Shown here: positions 1-13,200 of the stretch, one piece after another
Position numbering within the stretch: position 1 is the stretch's first letter
Layout: each line of letters begins with the position of its first letter
From: Setoptus koraiensis
Lineage: Eukaryota; Animalia; Arthropoda
Direction: 5' to 3'
Length of the DNA stretch: 64,000 bases
Assembly: GCA_048013815.1 (NCBI GenBank)
Contig: CM106585.1
Coordinates: 2,790,001 to 2,854,000 of the forward strand
Notes under the pieces: generated by a model
Told to the model about the DNA's origin: nothing
What the model saw: only the letters and a program-made list of their open reading frames with translations
Database searches by the model: none
Translations under genes and position numbers: made by a program

Positions 1-2
1 AT

Positions 3-1157
3 TTGAACGCTTTCAATACCAAGATGTTTTGTCACGAGTATCAGTGCATCGAAAATTGTCCCCCGCTTATTAAGGCAAAAATAATACAAATGGACTGGAT
101 ATCTATGAACGAGGCTTGGCGGCGGCGTTACCGTTTCTTGGAACATTTACCATTGACGTGTGAGTTTCGCCTGGTCGAAGTAGAGCTGGCAAATCACCAG
201 TATATCTCAGAGGAGACCTACAGACATTTTGAGGGTGAAATTATGAAACGAGAACTGGAACGTCAGAGAAGATTGAAAGAGGAGCGTAAACGCGAAAAAA
301 TTATACGGGTGGAACAGCGAAGAAAAATCTATGGCATTCAACCGTCGTTGAAGATCAGCTTAGATAATAGTGAACAGTTTCCGTCTGTTATGGACGAACG
401 ATTTCTTAGCTCTTACCCTCCACCGCCTTCAAATAGATCAACAGATGACATAATATCCAGTGATGATGATTATGAGAACGAAGAAGCACATGTTGTGTCA
501 CAACAGACGCAGCAACAACCTGTGAGAGAAACGATGAATCAATCTCAATGTGAGCGGAATATTACTCCCGAGCCCAATGAGGAACCACCAACCTCGTCGT
601 CGGTTTCGCTCAATCCTGGACCGTTGTCTTTTCGTGAAATTCAAATGCAAGAGGCCGCTGCTTTGGAGGCCCAGATGAAAAAGAAAAAGAAGTCCAAGGC
701 CACCCAGGCTAAGACAGCTTGGGGCCACCAGTCATCGCTGGCGCAGAAGCTGGTAGACAACAAGAATCATGACAGCAACAATTTGCCATCTAGTTCCCAA
801 TCTCAAGCGACTGTCGATAACAACAATGACCCTATATCTAGTGGCGAGCAACAATCTTCGTTCGCAAAATTATTGTTAGATGCTAAGTCAAGCCAGAAGC
901 AATGGACCACCAGGGCAATCCCACAGCAATCATCAAGAGTGCCAGTAAATGATGGTTCAATTAATCAATCACAACCACCATTGCGTCCCTCAAACAAGGC
1001 ACGCATGTCGTCAAATCAGACTGATTATTCGGACAGTGATGATCAAGTGATGGCTACCAGGCCCCCAAATGAGTTTACATTAGCAGATTTTATTCAATTT
1101 AACGTCATAACAAGTAGCAAGAAGAGGGCTAAAAAAAGTTCCAAGAAGGCATCATAG
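3..1157 (+). CDS. RNF10: RING finger protein 10 ortholog, 3' part (CDS starts upstream of the window)
   Basis: Open frame from the window edge. [23 protein letters not shown] followed by a charged helix ([14 protein letters not shown]) matches the conserved RNF10 segment [21 protein letters not shown]...RQRQKKAREERRRE. It ends in a basic KKRAKK tail; AATAAA at 1206-1211. Confidence 0.85.
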   Translation: [384 protein letters not shown]

Positions 1158-1205
1158 CCAGCAATATAATCGCCAGCTAGAATTGTCCAACTCTAAATCT
1201 AATTG

Positions 1206-1211
1206 AATAAA
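1206..1211 (+). terminator. Polyadenylation signal of RNF10
   Basis: AATAAA about 50 nt after the TAG stop at 1155-1157. Confidence 0.65.
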
Positions 1212-1246
1212 ATAACACTGTTCACAGTCTGATGAGTCAGTTGTAG

Positions 1247-1252
1247 TTTATT
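1247..1252 (-). terminator. Polyadenylation signal of the 104-aa ORF
   Basis: TTTATT on + (AATAAA on -), 97 nt downstream of the stop at 1349. Confidence 0.55.
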
Positions 1253-1348
1253 AATTGGGGTTACCACACACATCAATATGCTGATGGCATCCGTTCAGAT
1301 CTCCCTCAAGCATCTGTCCATCTTTTTTGAAAAGATTACTTTCATTTT

Positions 1349-1663
1349 TTAGTACTCATTTTTAGGACGAACGTGTATCTCTATATCTATACATCTTGGC
1401 TTGGACGCCTCCAACCAATCGAGGAACCGAGCCAATCCACTAATTCCTTCCTCTCTTGACGGTGGACCGTTCCTTTGTTGCTCCTCTTGAACCGGACGGT
1501 TCCTTTGTTGCTCCTCTGGAGCCGGATTGTTGGCTTCTTCATTTTGATAATAATCTTTGTACAAATCGACCATATAGTCAGCCCAAGATTCATGAATTTC
1601 GCCGTCTTTGAAGTAAAAGGTTTGTAAAGGTTCGTCGTCGACGAATAAACTGATATTCGACAT
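1349..1663 (-). CDS. Small acidic hypothetical protein (104 aa) with an internal 10-aa repeat
   Basis: ATG start in an A-rich context (AAAAAATG), protein-like composition, a 30-bp period repeat at 1471-1525 that keeps frame (EEQQRNRPVQ/EEQQRNGPPS) and a downstream AATAAA. No family recognised. Confidence 0.55.
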   Translation of the reverse strand: MSNISLFVDDEPLQTFYFKDGEIHESWADYMVDLYKDYYQNEEANNPAPEEQQRNRPVQEEQQRNGPPSREEGISGLARFLDWLEASKPRCIDIEIHVRPKNEY

Positions 1664-2135
1664 TTTTTATCTTTTTATCGCTTGTGATTGGAATTTAAAT
1701 TGGAATTTTTTCGGTTGGATATTTGTAACTGGCGAATGACAAATGTGAACTGATTGTGAAATGAGATTCGTAAATCGACTCACTACAGAAAACGGTTGGA
1801 AATGTCGCTCGCATTGCTCCTTTTGGATGCAACTCAAACTCGCGTATCGAGCGTGATCGTTGGCGCCTTATTGGCATGAACAATGCAGCAAACCGAACAA
1901 ATCCGAAATGGAGGATTCCCCAGAAAAGCGAGCCACATCAAGAACGGGCAAATACTCCAATCGTCGAGCGTCGAAAACACTAGATTCTATCTGTGCTTCC
2001 AATGTCGGGCCCCACAAGACAAGAAATGGAATGTCGAGGAGATAACAAGTGTGTCAAGTACACAGTGAGTTGTCTGAGGTGAGGCTGCTCAAAATTGTTT
2101 GGCTTTATTTGTGATACATTGGTGATTAACGTTCT

Positions 2136-5100
2136 CTACTCGCCATCTTGTCTCAGATGACGCAATATTCTGGCGTTATTGAAGTTTTGGGCGTTATGGT
2201 GCATGTGATGAGCATTGTCAATTTGTTCAAATTGTTGATAAATCTCTGCCTGTGTCCTCTGACAAAATGACGGCGGCGAAGGCAATTGTGGCGAGTTAGT
2301 TCTATCGTCCGCTAACTGATGATCATGATGCGATATTGTGCGATGATGCAATTGGCATGAATGTTGCAAGTGGCGATTGTTGCCAGCGATTGGCTGGTAT
2401 TGAGCGATGGTGTTGTTGTCATTGGTTTTATTGATGGCCACTTGATGGTAATAACCTTGGCCGGCGACTTTGTTGTTGATGGCAAGTGGCAAATGATGGT
2501 GGGCACAAACGGCAACAGTTGATTGGGGCCCATACACCAGTTGGTGTTTGTCGAATTGGCCCGTCGACTCGTGGTGGTCGTCGTGGCAACTGTGTTCGCT
2601 TGTTAAGCCGCCCAATTGGGGCCAGCTCTGCTCCGTGATGCCAACGAGGCCGCCAGTCGGACTGGCGTGTCCACTTTGAAAGGAATTCGTTCCCGTTTCG
2701 TCCAGTGTGTTTGCCGTGTGCAAAGTGGCCGTAGTAGTGAGTGTGGCAGTTGTTATATCCGAGCGTTGATCACAATTACTCGTTTCGTTTGTCGATGACC
2801 ATTGCGTGGGAGTTGTGGATCTGTTGATGTTGCTGTTGTTGTGCTGCTGTTGCTGCAAATGTAACTGCTGCTTTCTTGTTGCCTCGTTAACGGCGCCACT
2901 AATTACGTTGCCGTTGTTGTCTAGCAAGCGCTGGACACTGGCCGAGCTGGCTGTTTCCGATTGCGACCAGTGGCCGGTGTCTCTGCTTGTGTTGGTCAAT
3001 TTGTTGCTTTGATTATTGCTGTTACAACTGCCACTCAGATTAATTGATTTATTATCATTATTAACAACATTGCTGTTCTGTTGTTGTCCTGCGCCACTGC
3101 CCCTGCTGCTACACTCCTCATCCTCCTCTACCTCCTCTAACAGTGGCGGCGGTGGCGTGTGATACAACATTGCGCAATCATCCTCCATTTCCGGTCCGGT
3201 TTGCTGCTGCTCACTCTGCCGTGTTGGCTGTTGCTTGTTGTTGCTGGTCAGCTGCTTTGTCACTGCTGATGGCTGCTGGTGTCTCTGCAAACTGTTGGCC
3301 AGCAAACTCAATGTGTCATTTACGGAGCACCCATGAAACGATTGCGAATGACGCGGCAGGTGACGCAAATTGGGCAAGGGTCGCACCACTGAGCACGTCC
3401 GTTCACCTGTATGCTGCTGATGCTGGTGATTCCAATTGTCACCGACAGACCGATTGGCTATTCTGTCTATGCTGTTGCTGGTGTTCAGATTGAGGTCAGT
3501 CGTCTGCTGGAATTCGTCGGCCTCGTCGAAGGGCGATCCGTACTTGCTGGCGCTGTTGCTGTTGCCGCCACAGCCAACAGTGGTCGCTCCGGTCACATTG
3601 AACGACTTCAGTCTGGCAAGCGACTTGCTGCCGGACAAACAAAAGTTGTTTGCAGATTGTGATTTGCGTAAAACGGTGGCGCAATTGGCAGCGTTGACAG
3701 CCTGCTCATCGGTCATTGTTTCATTTGTTTGTATTACATCATTTGTGCATATTGCAAACACATTCAGTGGCTTGATTTGTTGTCGCGATTGGCCGCTCAT
3801 ATTGTTGTTGTTGTTGTCGGCATTATTGTGCTGGTGATTGTCATTTGCAGCTACAGACATTTGGCCATCATTCGTGGCTGTTTTTTTCGTGTTAGCCCCG
3901 GCGGTTTGTGTTGCGTCGAGACGAAAAACCAGAAAATATATCGCCACCAGTATGAGAGCCAAACAAATAGCGCTGAGTATAACAATAACATTGATGGCGT
4001 TAACAGACAGATAATTGGTCAGTCGGGCTCTCAGTGTCGACAACAATCGCGACCAATTCCAACTATCGAGAAATGTCAATTTGTTGTTGGTGTCGGCAGC
4101 AGTGCTGCGATTGTGATTGATTACGACGGTGCCGTTAGTTGAGCCAATTGTCGCATTGCTGGGCAGAGCGGTCATCGGAAGCCAGTCATTTTCAAAGCCG
4201 GCCTCAGCGATCTGTTGTTTGTTGGTGAGTCGGGCCAAAACGGGCCCGTTGGTCGAGCAAACGGAGCTGACATTCAGATCTGGCATGTGATTGAGAGAAA
4301 ATAAGAGTGAGACAATTGTGAGTATGTTAAGCGAGGAAAAAGTATGCGAGCGGTCGGTTTGTCGGAAACCGGAAGTGGCTTCCGGCTCACTTTTGGCTTC
4401 TGTTCTCACTCACCTCTGATTTTGATGTGGCGCCAGCGCTCCGGTTGAAAGCACTTGCCCAGGGCGAGATTGCGATCGCTGAGCCAGCGATTGGTTTTGT
4501 AGCGCTGACTCATCCAGAGCCAAATATCTATGATGCCGTCGCAGTGACAATTGATGGTGTTGTCTCGCAAATCAAAATAATCCAATTGATGCATCAGTTG
4601 ATCCAATCTGTCGATCATTGATGGCGTCGGCGAAGGTTGCGCCGCGACCGGCACGGTGGCACGACCAGGTAAAGTACTAATAAAGTTGTTGCTGATATCG
4701 AGTAGGCGCAATTTTTTCATACTTATAAACAATGACAGATCGGCATCGTGCAGCGTAAACAACAAGTTATTGTCCAATTTGAGCACAACAATACTGGCCA
4801 GAGGCGAGAATGCGCCCCCAATTTGATGCTGTTCGGCCTGCTTGTTGTGCTGTGAATCTCTCTGCTGCGATTTCGAGTTTGGCGTCCTCAGCGAATCAAT
4901 TTTGTTGTGGCTCAACACAAGTGTGCTGAGTCTAGCCAGCGGTCTTGCCAGGCGCGTTTCGCTGCTTGCACAATCCACGCTGCTGCTGTAATCGCTGTTG
5001 AGTGCAATCTGTGATAATTTGTCGTCCTCGGTCATGTCGCTCCGATTGAAAGTGATGACAGAGCTGAGATTGTGATTGAATTTCTTCGTTATGATGCCTC

Positions 5101-8100
5101 CGCTGGCACCAGTGCCGTTATAAATCCTCAGTCGCTTGCCGCTGCTGTTGTTGACACCAGTTGCCTTGATCAGCTGCTGCTGCTGCTGCGGATGACCGTT
5201 GACATCGTTGCGATAAGCAGTCTCACCGGTGACAGTGCTCTGGAAATTTGGCAAGCTACTCAGCTGATTGTGGCTGAGATCTAGGGTTCGCAGCTCGTAC
5301 AAATGCGCAAAGGTGTCCAATTCGTTGAGCGCGGTCAGCTGGTTGTGGCTCAGTTGCAGCACCAGCAATTGTTGCAGGCCCCCGAACGCGTTCGGATCGA
5401 TCGTGGATATTGAATTGAATTTCAGGTTGAGCAAGTGCACTTCTAGCGTGGATTGGCGCCAAAAAGATTGCGCAACATCCTCGAGAAACTGCCACGACTT
5501 GAGATATGTCAGTTTGGTCGATTCGAAATTGAGAACGTTGATCGAGAGGCGCTGACTGGTGGACACTTTTGCATTTGTTGACAATTGATATTGTTGCGCG
5601 CTGTTGTCGCCATAGGAACGGTGATTCGAGGCGCTCGTGTGGCGCCGTGTCAACGCAGATGTCACTGTTGCTGTTGCGTCGTCGTCGTCGGCTTGCGATG
5701 CATCGGCATCGAGCATGCTCATCCGGTTCGAATCTTCATAATCCAAATAGTAGCGATCGTCCTCGTCGGAATCTGCATAATCCAACGAATAAGTTGTCGC
5801 ATTGTTTGATGCAAACATGTACAGCAACAGCTGTTCAAGTGACAACAATTGTATCTGATCTGTGTGAGACCATCCAGACAGGCTCACATACAATCCGTCG
5901 TCGTGATTTAAATCGTGATTTGCATCGCTGGTTTCCATTGAGGGACAATTCTTTTTCTTGCTGGCCGCGTTACCGTTGAGACTCTTGACTCGTGGCGACG
6001 CCTGCAGGCGAATCTCAATCAGAGGATTGGAGCTCATATCTATGGACAGCTCCACGGATTCGCCGGCCGAGCTTGCCTGATATTCGTAGTGGTTCGCAGG
6101 CATTCCAGACGATTGATTGAGCCGGCCAATGAGCGGGCCGAGGCGAGCCGCCTGATCGCTTGCCACCAGCAATTTCAAGCAACAGTCTGGCATGTATTCG
6201 AACCAATTATTGTCCAGTTTGACGCGTCGCAACTTGCTCAAATATTTGAATATGTTCACCGGAAGTGAGCGCAACTTGTTGTGCGACAGATCCAATGTTT
6301 CAATGTTGGGCACCACATCTGCCAGACGCAAATTGGCCTCCATGGTGCCCAGTCCGTTGTGGCTAATGTTGAGCAGTTGCAATTTTTCCATTTTTGGCAC
6401 GCCGTCATCAATCATTTTTCTTGCCGAGCTCGCTGAGCCAATCAAAAACAAATCTCGTATTTGATTGTGAGCCAGCGATAATATTTTCAGCTCGGGCAAG
6501 AGCCCGATCACCCGTTTCGTTGCAGCGGCAGTGCCAGTGGCATTGTTGGCATTGCCAATTGTTGTCGACCACTGAGGCCACGAATCTAGCACGTTGTGAT
6601 CGAGGTACAGTTCCTCTAGAAAACGCCAGGCGCGCCTTGCTGTCGAGTTGAGCATCACATTGAGAGAATCGCTGCGAATGGCGTTATTTTCCAAGCGCAA
6701 AACCCTGGCCCACTGACACTGACTCGCAACAAAACTCACCTGCTCACTCATATCCAACGTGGTTCCGGTGAAACTCAAATCGAGTTCGCTCAGCCTCATG
6801 CTAGTTCGCGATATGAGTCTCGCAAGCTCTGGCGAGCTCGACAAGAGATTCTGATTTTGGCTCAGATTGAGGCGCCTCAGTTTGGACGTTCGCGCTGGAC
6901 TGAGCGCTCCATCAGCGGCGACCATTGAGGCCGCGCCAACAGACGGGGGCTCCTCGTTGAGCATGCTGTTCGACAGGCTCAACTCGACGAGCTTGTCCGA
7001 AGTGTCGTTCAGGAAGTCGACCAAATCGCGCAAGTTCACCGAATACAACTGGTTGTTGTCCAATTTGAGACTGATCAAATTGGCCAAATTCGTTTGTTTG
7101 TCGTTGTTGTTGTTGCTGCTTTCACCGAACGTGTCAATCAGACGCAAATCTCTCAGATGATTGTCGGCCAAATTCAGCTGACGCAATTGCAGCAAACCCC
7201 TAAAAGTGTCACCATTGACATTGTGCAATTGATTGTGTTCCAAATAGAGCAACTCCAATTGTTGCATCATTGCAAATGAGCCCGCTTCTAGTGATTTCAG
7301 TTCGTTGTGTTGCAAATACAATCGCTGACAGGCAAACAATTGCCTAAAATGATGCCTATTTATATCTTGTAAGCGATTGTTGTTTAACCACAAAATCTCC
7401 AATGAGTGAGCCTGTTTTCCGCTAAAAGCATAATCGTGCATGTAATTCAATTGATTGTGGCCCAAATAAACAATCTTGAGCGAGCCCGCTCCCAATTGGG
7501 GCCCGTCCAGTTCTTCTAGCTCGCTCGCGGGCGGCTCCTCGGCCTCGTCGGCCACCGACGTATAGTCAAATTGAGCATCTCTGTTCAGTCTGGGCGAGTT
7601 TTGGCTCTTTTGGCGATGGCGCGGTCGCTTGTGTTGCCTCTGATGATGGGACGGCTTTCGCCTGCGATTGGGGCGCCTTCTCGGGCCGCCGCCCAACGCG
7701 CCGCTCGGTCTTTGTCTGGACGAGTATCGCGACCCGTACGCACTTCCGGTGCCATTCAACACTGTTGCGCCGTCTAGTGGCTGCTGTTGTTGTTGTGAGG
7801 AGGGAAATTGGACAGCCAGAAACAGTTGGTTTAATTCTTGCAATTTGTTGTGGCGCATATTGAGCAATTGTAATTGAGACAATGACGCCAACGAGGATTG
7901 TATGACGTGATCCAGTTGATTGTTGTGCAGTGTCAATTCTGTCAGTTGCGGCAAATTGTTAAACACATCCAAGTGCACTATGGATTTCAATCTATTGTTG
8001 TGCAATTTCAGCTCGCCCAAGTGGCTCAATTGGGCGAATAGCAGAGCAGGCAAATAGTCCAGTTGATTGTGGTCCAAGAATAACGATTTCAATTGGGTGT

Positions 8101-10207
8101 TCTGCTTGAAAATAAGCTCAGGTAATCGCGCCAATTGGTTGTGAGATAAATCCAAATATTCCAACTGCTTCAGTTGTTTAAATGTGTCCACTTCTATGGA
8201 TTCAATGGCGTTGTCGTTCAGCAGCAACAATCGCATTTCGCCACAATTATCAAACTGTTCGTTTTGCAATCGCCACAAAAGATTGTTATTGAGCATCAGT
8301 TCATTTAAGAGGCCGCACGCTGTCGCTCGGCCGATTTCCGTCGGTCGCTGTAGCTTGTTGTGGGCCAATTCTAGCCAGCGCAAATTCAAAAATGGGCCCC
8401 TTTTGTTCTTGATCTGCTGAACAGTTGTCGCGGGCTCTGTTACGCTCACATGCTCCAAATTGTTGTAACTCAAATCCAGATATTCGAGCTTATTCCAGCT
8501 GAGCTGCGCCAAAATATCACTGTCGTCTATATCGTGCAAATTGCCAATGTCCCTGCCCATTATGGCCGCTATTGGCTTGGCTAGTTTTTTCCTCCAAACG
8601 CTGGCCGCATCGTCAGGTGAAGATAACAAGTTCTGGTTAACAGGATAATTGGGCGGAGGGGGGCCCACAATGCTCGTGCCCAGTAAATAGCCGAGATCTA
8701 TCTGATGCAAATTGTTGTGTTGCAAATGGAGTTGAGCCAATTTTGGCATTGCCAATCGCAATTGCACGCACTCTAGCTCAGTGATATGACTCAGTTTGTT
8801 GTAACTCAAATCCAATATCAACAATTCGGGCAAAATGGCCCCATTCAGCTGCACCCCGACCGTCAGCTCTGATTTGTTGGGGGCGAGCGCCGCGTTTCCG
8901 GTTGGCACCGTTTGTGCTGACGCTGGCAACCTGGCACAAGCTTGAAATAAACACTGAAACGTCTCCATTCTGTTGTGTGACAATTGCAGTCTGGCCAGCT
9001 TAGTGAACTTGCCATTCACTGAGCCATTGGAATCACTACTTGGCATTGTCATGGTCAGTCCAGACAGATCGTTCCAGTCTAAATTGATCTGCTCCAGACT
9101 GTTGGCTAATTTGTAGAAGGCACCCAAATTTAAATTGCTGTACATGAGACCCAATTGATTGTGCTGAAGATCCAAATTGATCAGTTGGGACATGGAGTTG
9201 ATATGAGTAAGAATGGATTGATTGGTGGCGGAAATTGGCAGAAGTTCATCAGTAGTGGCACCGTTGCCAGGCAACAAAGTCGCTTGAGCGGGGTGCCGCT
9301 GCCTGCGCTGCTGACCAATGGTCAATTGTGTCAGCGAGAAGCTCAGATCTAGCGTTTGTGCCCATTTGAATTGGCGCAACAACAGCACAGAATCGCTCGT
9401 TAGAGGCACCTGAACAAGGCTAAGAGTGACCAGAGTTTCCGGTTGTACGGAGGTCAATATTTGTGTGATGCAATTATTTATTGTTGTCACCATTGTCAGA
9501 TCGTGATTTGTTGTTGTGCTCAACAAATCACCATCTTGTTGCATGGATATATGCAAATTTTCCACCAGTGGCCTCCTCGTTGCTAGCTCTGTCATCATCA
9601 TTTTCTTTGGCGTTGTCCTGTTGTTGTCAACAGTATCCACACGTAAATTGTGCAAATTTAATTGTCCCAATTTTATTGGCCTATGTCGCGTCGTCAACTG
9701 AATCGGCTGGCCACCAGTGGCCCTTTTCTCACTATAATTAGCCGACGGGCCGCTGTAAGTGGCCGCCAACAGATATGCTACTTGGTGGGCCTCTAACGAT
9801 TGGCATTCCACTATTATCGCTTCCGGTGTCGTTGAAGGCGACGCTTGCCTATGTTGCTGCTGCTGTTCTTGTTGGCCCTCTCTATTATCACTGTTATCCA
9901 TGGTGGGCGCCTGGAATAAATCAATTAATTCATCATAACACAAGCAATAATCGAGCGCAGTGCTGTTGTTGTTTTGGTTGTTGTTGGCGGCTAAAATTAA
10001 TTTGTAATTGTTCCAAAAAGTATCACAAATTGTGCCCGCGCCTCTGCTGCTGCTAATGCCACCAGAGTCTGACGTAATAGGCACGGCCTGGACTGCCCTC
10101 ACTGTCAAACATACAAGTGGCATGCAAAATATTATGTATGCACATATTAGATTATAACGATGCGCTGGCTTCCTCTTAATCCTCTGCGAATTTGTTTGGG
10201 GCGCCAT
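2136..10207 (-). CDS. Very large leucine-rich-repeat single-pass membrane protein (~2645 aa; chaoptin/Toll-like ectodomain, no TIR); exons 10207-4414 and 4279-2136
   Basis: N-terminal hydrophobic signal segment and dozens of LxxLxLxxNxL repeats. The phase-1 intron (AG|GTGAGT at 4413, CAG| at 4280) joins ...CHC...CFQPERWRHIKIR to DLNVSSVC, completing an LRRCT cap. A TM helix (INVIVILSAICLALILVAIYFLVF) and a long low-complexity tail follow. AATAAA on - at 2104-2109. Confidence 0.88.
4280..4413 (-). other. 134-nt GT-AG intron of the LRR receptor gene
   Basis: Donor gtgagt, pyrimidine-rich tract (cttattttctctc) and acceptor ccag. Splicing keeps frame: exon 1 is 5794 nt (phase 1) and exon 2 resumes in the frame of the 757-aa ORF. 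Confidence 0.85.
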
Positions 10208-13200
10208 TTCCGGCTAGTTAAATATAGACCGACTGTGGCGCCGGTTCCTTACATAACGATCACAAGCGAGTGGCGGCCCTTTGTCCAGTGCGAGTCAGCA
10301 GCAATTTGTCAGCTTATTTTTCTAATTTGGCCCCCTCTGTCGGGTTATTGTAGGCGGCTGTGCAATGTCAAATTTGTGCCGGCTGGCAAGCGAATGGGCG
10401 ATTCGAGGGCGATTTGAGGGCGATTTGAGGGCGAGAGAGAGAGAGAGAGCGAATAGGTTCATGTATCAATTTGTGTAGTGTCAAAAGTTTTGAGCAAAAA
10501 CTGTGAAATTAACTCTCGTTAGATTGGCCCCAATTATTTATGTCAGCTGCGAAAAGGCTGTTCGGTTGGGTTGTTGTTGCTCGCCGGTTGTCGGTTCAGT
10601 GGGACCGGCCGACCCGAGTCGAAACAAATTGAACAATCTCGGCACAACAATTCAGACAATGGGACAGATGTGCCGAGACGAGCGCCAGTGCACTAATCCC
10701 CCTGTTTGGGGCACAAGTGTGGCATCTTGATTAGTTTGCGGGGACGCGGCGCAAGTTGGGGCCAGCAGTTGAATACGAAGGGACCCCAGTATGCCCATCT
10801 TCAGGCCGACGTGTGCCTTATTGAGGCTTCGAAGTTGGAGCGGGCCAGCTTGGGGGATCCGCGGACGGAGCTCGAAGAATGCGGACAATCTCTGCTGCGA
10901 ACGAGATAACACTGGCACTCGTTCTTTTTGTGCTCTCAGCTGCGCTATCTGTACAATTGTATAATGGGGGATCATCATTTCGACAGTGCGACAACCGGCC
11001 AACACACACTCACAATAATAATAATAATGACGACCCGGAGAATGACCAAAAGACACACAACGGAGCCCACTGACACTTAATGGACTTGAGCAACAGCCGC
11101 GCGTTTGTTGGCTCGCGGGCCGGCCCGCGAAATCAATTGATCTCACGGGGACCGCGGCGGGGGTTAGCCCTTTCTCGCTGGTCGGCGGGTCGTTGTCGCT
11201 ACTTTGCTTTAGTTTGTTTCTCTGACAACTTGTGTCTTGTGAGCTTTCTATGGGGGAATCCGTTTCTGCTGTTTGGACGTGCGACGAAATTTGGGGCCGC
11301 CGCGAGGAGGCGCTCCGTGATTGCGGTAACGATGGTCGTTGGTTGTTGTGGTTTAGCAAGCCGTGCCATGCTCTCGAGTGCCAGTGGCGACACTCAAGAA
11401 CTACATAGTTTTAGATGGGGCCAGAGAGCGAGCCACTCGCACTGCAAGCTGCAAGACAGCGACAGAGATCGCCAGATATATAGTGGCCATAAATCTTTTT
11501 GTTACGATGCCAATAACGACTTTGCCGGCGCTCTCAGTCAGTTGCACGAGATAATAACATTTGCGTCGGCCAGCCGGGCGGCCAGCGCCACTGAAAAATG
11601 TGGGCCCCTTTTGGGCTGGCTTAAAAACGAGTGACCACTAACGTTTGCTGGGGCGCTCACTTCTTACAGCGCTGCTGGCGGCGGCGCGGGCCCCAATCTG
11701 GCCGGCAGCCACTCTCATTGGGCGCATTAATCTGACGATATTTGCAGCCGGCAGAGTGGCACTTTTGGCCGGAGACAGAGTGAGGACGACAGTGGACGGA
11801 CAGCGGGCCAATTGTAATTTCGGTGCTTCTTTTTGTATGCGCGATGCATCTTGCGCTCGCACCTTGATTTATAAATAAATGGGCGCCTGCATGGTTGCCC
11901 TGTCGCCCGGCACGCCGACGGCCCCTCAAACGGCTTCTCAGACTGGCCGCGAGACGCACTGTGACACAGACTGACAGACTGCGAGACAGAAGCGGGCGCA
12001 AGAAATACGCGCCAGCGTGTTACGTATTACGTAATACGTAAGCGGATATTGGGCCATTTCGAGGGAGCGAGAGCGTTTCGAAGCTCGAATTGGCTCGGGC
12101 CAGCGACCGAGCCTCCATCGAGCTTCGAGACGCCACTGTGCCGCTGAAATGAATCGCACTTGGTATCGGTTGTACTGCAGTGGAGTGAGCAACGGCACAG
12201 TGGCGCCAAGAGCAATCAAACGTATAATTGCCATTTGTCTGTGCCATTTGCATGGCCTCCATTTAACATTATACATTTCGGTGGGGAGCGCGCGCTCGAG
12301 AGATCTCGCTCAAGAGATTAGTGCCAACGGGGCCCCATTGAGGCCATTGGCTGGCCGGCTGCTGGCGATTGTTGTAAGCCGATTTGCGCGCCAGTGCGGC
12401 CAGCAGCTCATTCAAATTGACTTAGCGACTTTAGCCGCACCGTTACCAGTGCACCGTTACCAATTGGGCGAGCGGCAAACGAACGGGGGCCCAGCTATCG
12501 ATTTTATCATTAGAAAAATAATAACACAATTGGCCGCTGAATGACACGAACTGTTTTTGTGTGCCCGATCGATAGCGCGCTCGTTGTGTCGAATTGGCTT
12601 GTGGCAAACGAATGCAAACAAGCGCTCGAAGAAGCGGGGGTGGGCGCCGATATTTCATTGGCGTTCATTGGCCTGGGCCGGCGCGCTGGTCAAGCCAGCA
12701 ATCGAGTCGGAGTGGCGCTCTCGAGCTGGTCGGCCGGCAACTGGCGCTCGCCACTGAGACAAACTAGTGAGGCGTGAAGAGCCAGCCCGCAGCTCGTGAG
12801 GCCCGTGTGTAACTGGCCCCGCAAGACGCACAACTTGTGCGGCACAAGATTTGCCCAAGATGCAACATGGGGCCCATGTTACACGGGGCCCACAACGGCG
12901 GGCCACAAACGCTTGGCTCGAATGCTCGAGTCGAGCTGCTCGGCAGAAGCAGCATAAAGTAGCATGTTGCTGCCGGTTGCAACATCAATTGTATCGCTAT
13001 TGTTGCGGGCCCCACTGGGCTGGCCAGCGCCCGAAATCAAATTTATCTTATCTGGCAAGTTGTACACACGACTAATACGAGCGCAATATCACAATATTTA
13101 TCCCTGCTGTTCTCAAGCAGCATCCGCATAAACATAAATATCGGCCCATTTGTGCACACCATCGTGTGTGCCTCACAAATGAATGTATATTTATCCTGGC

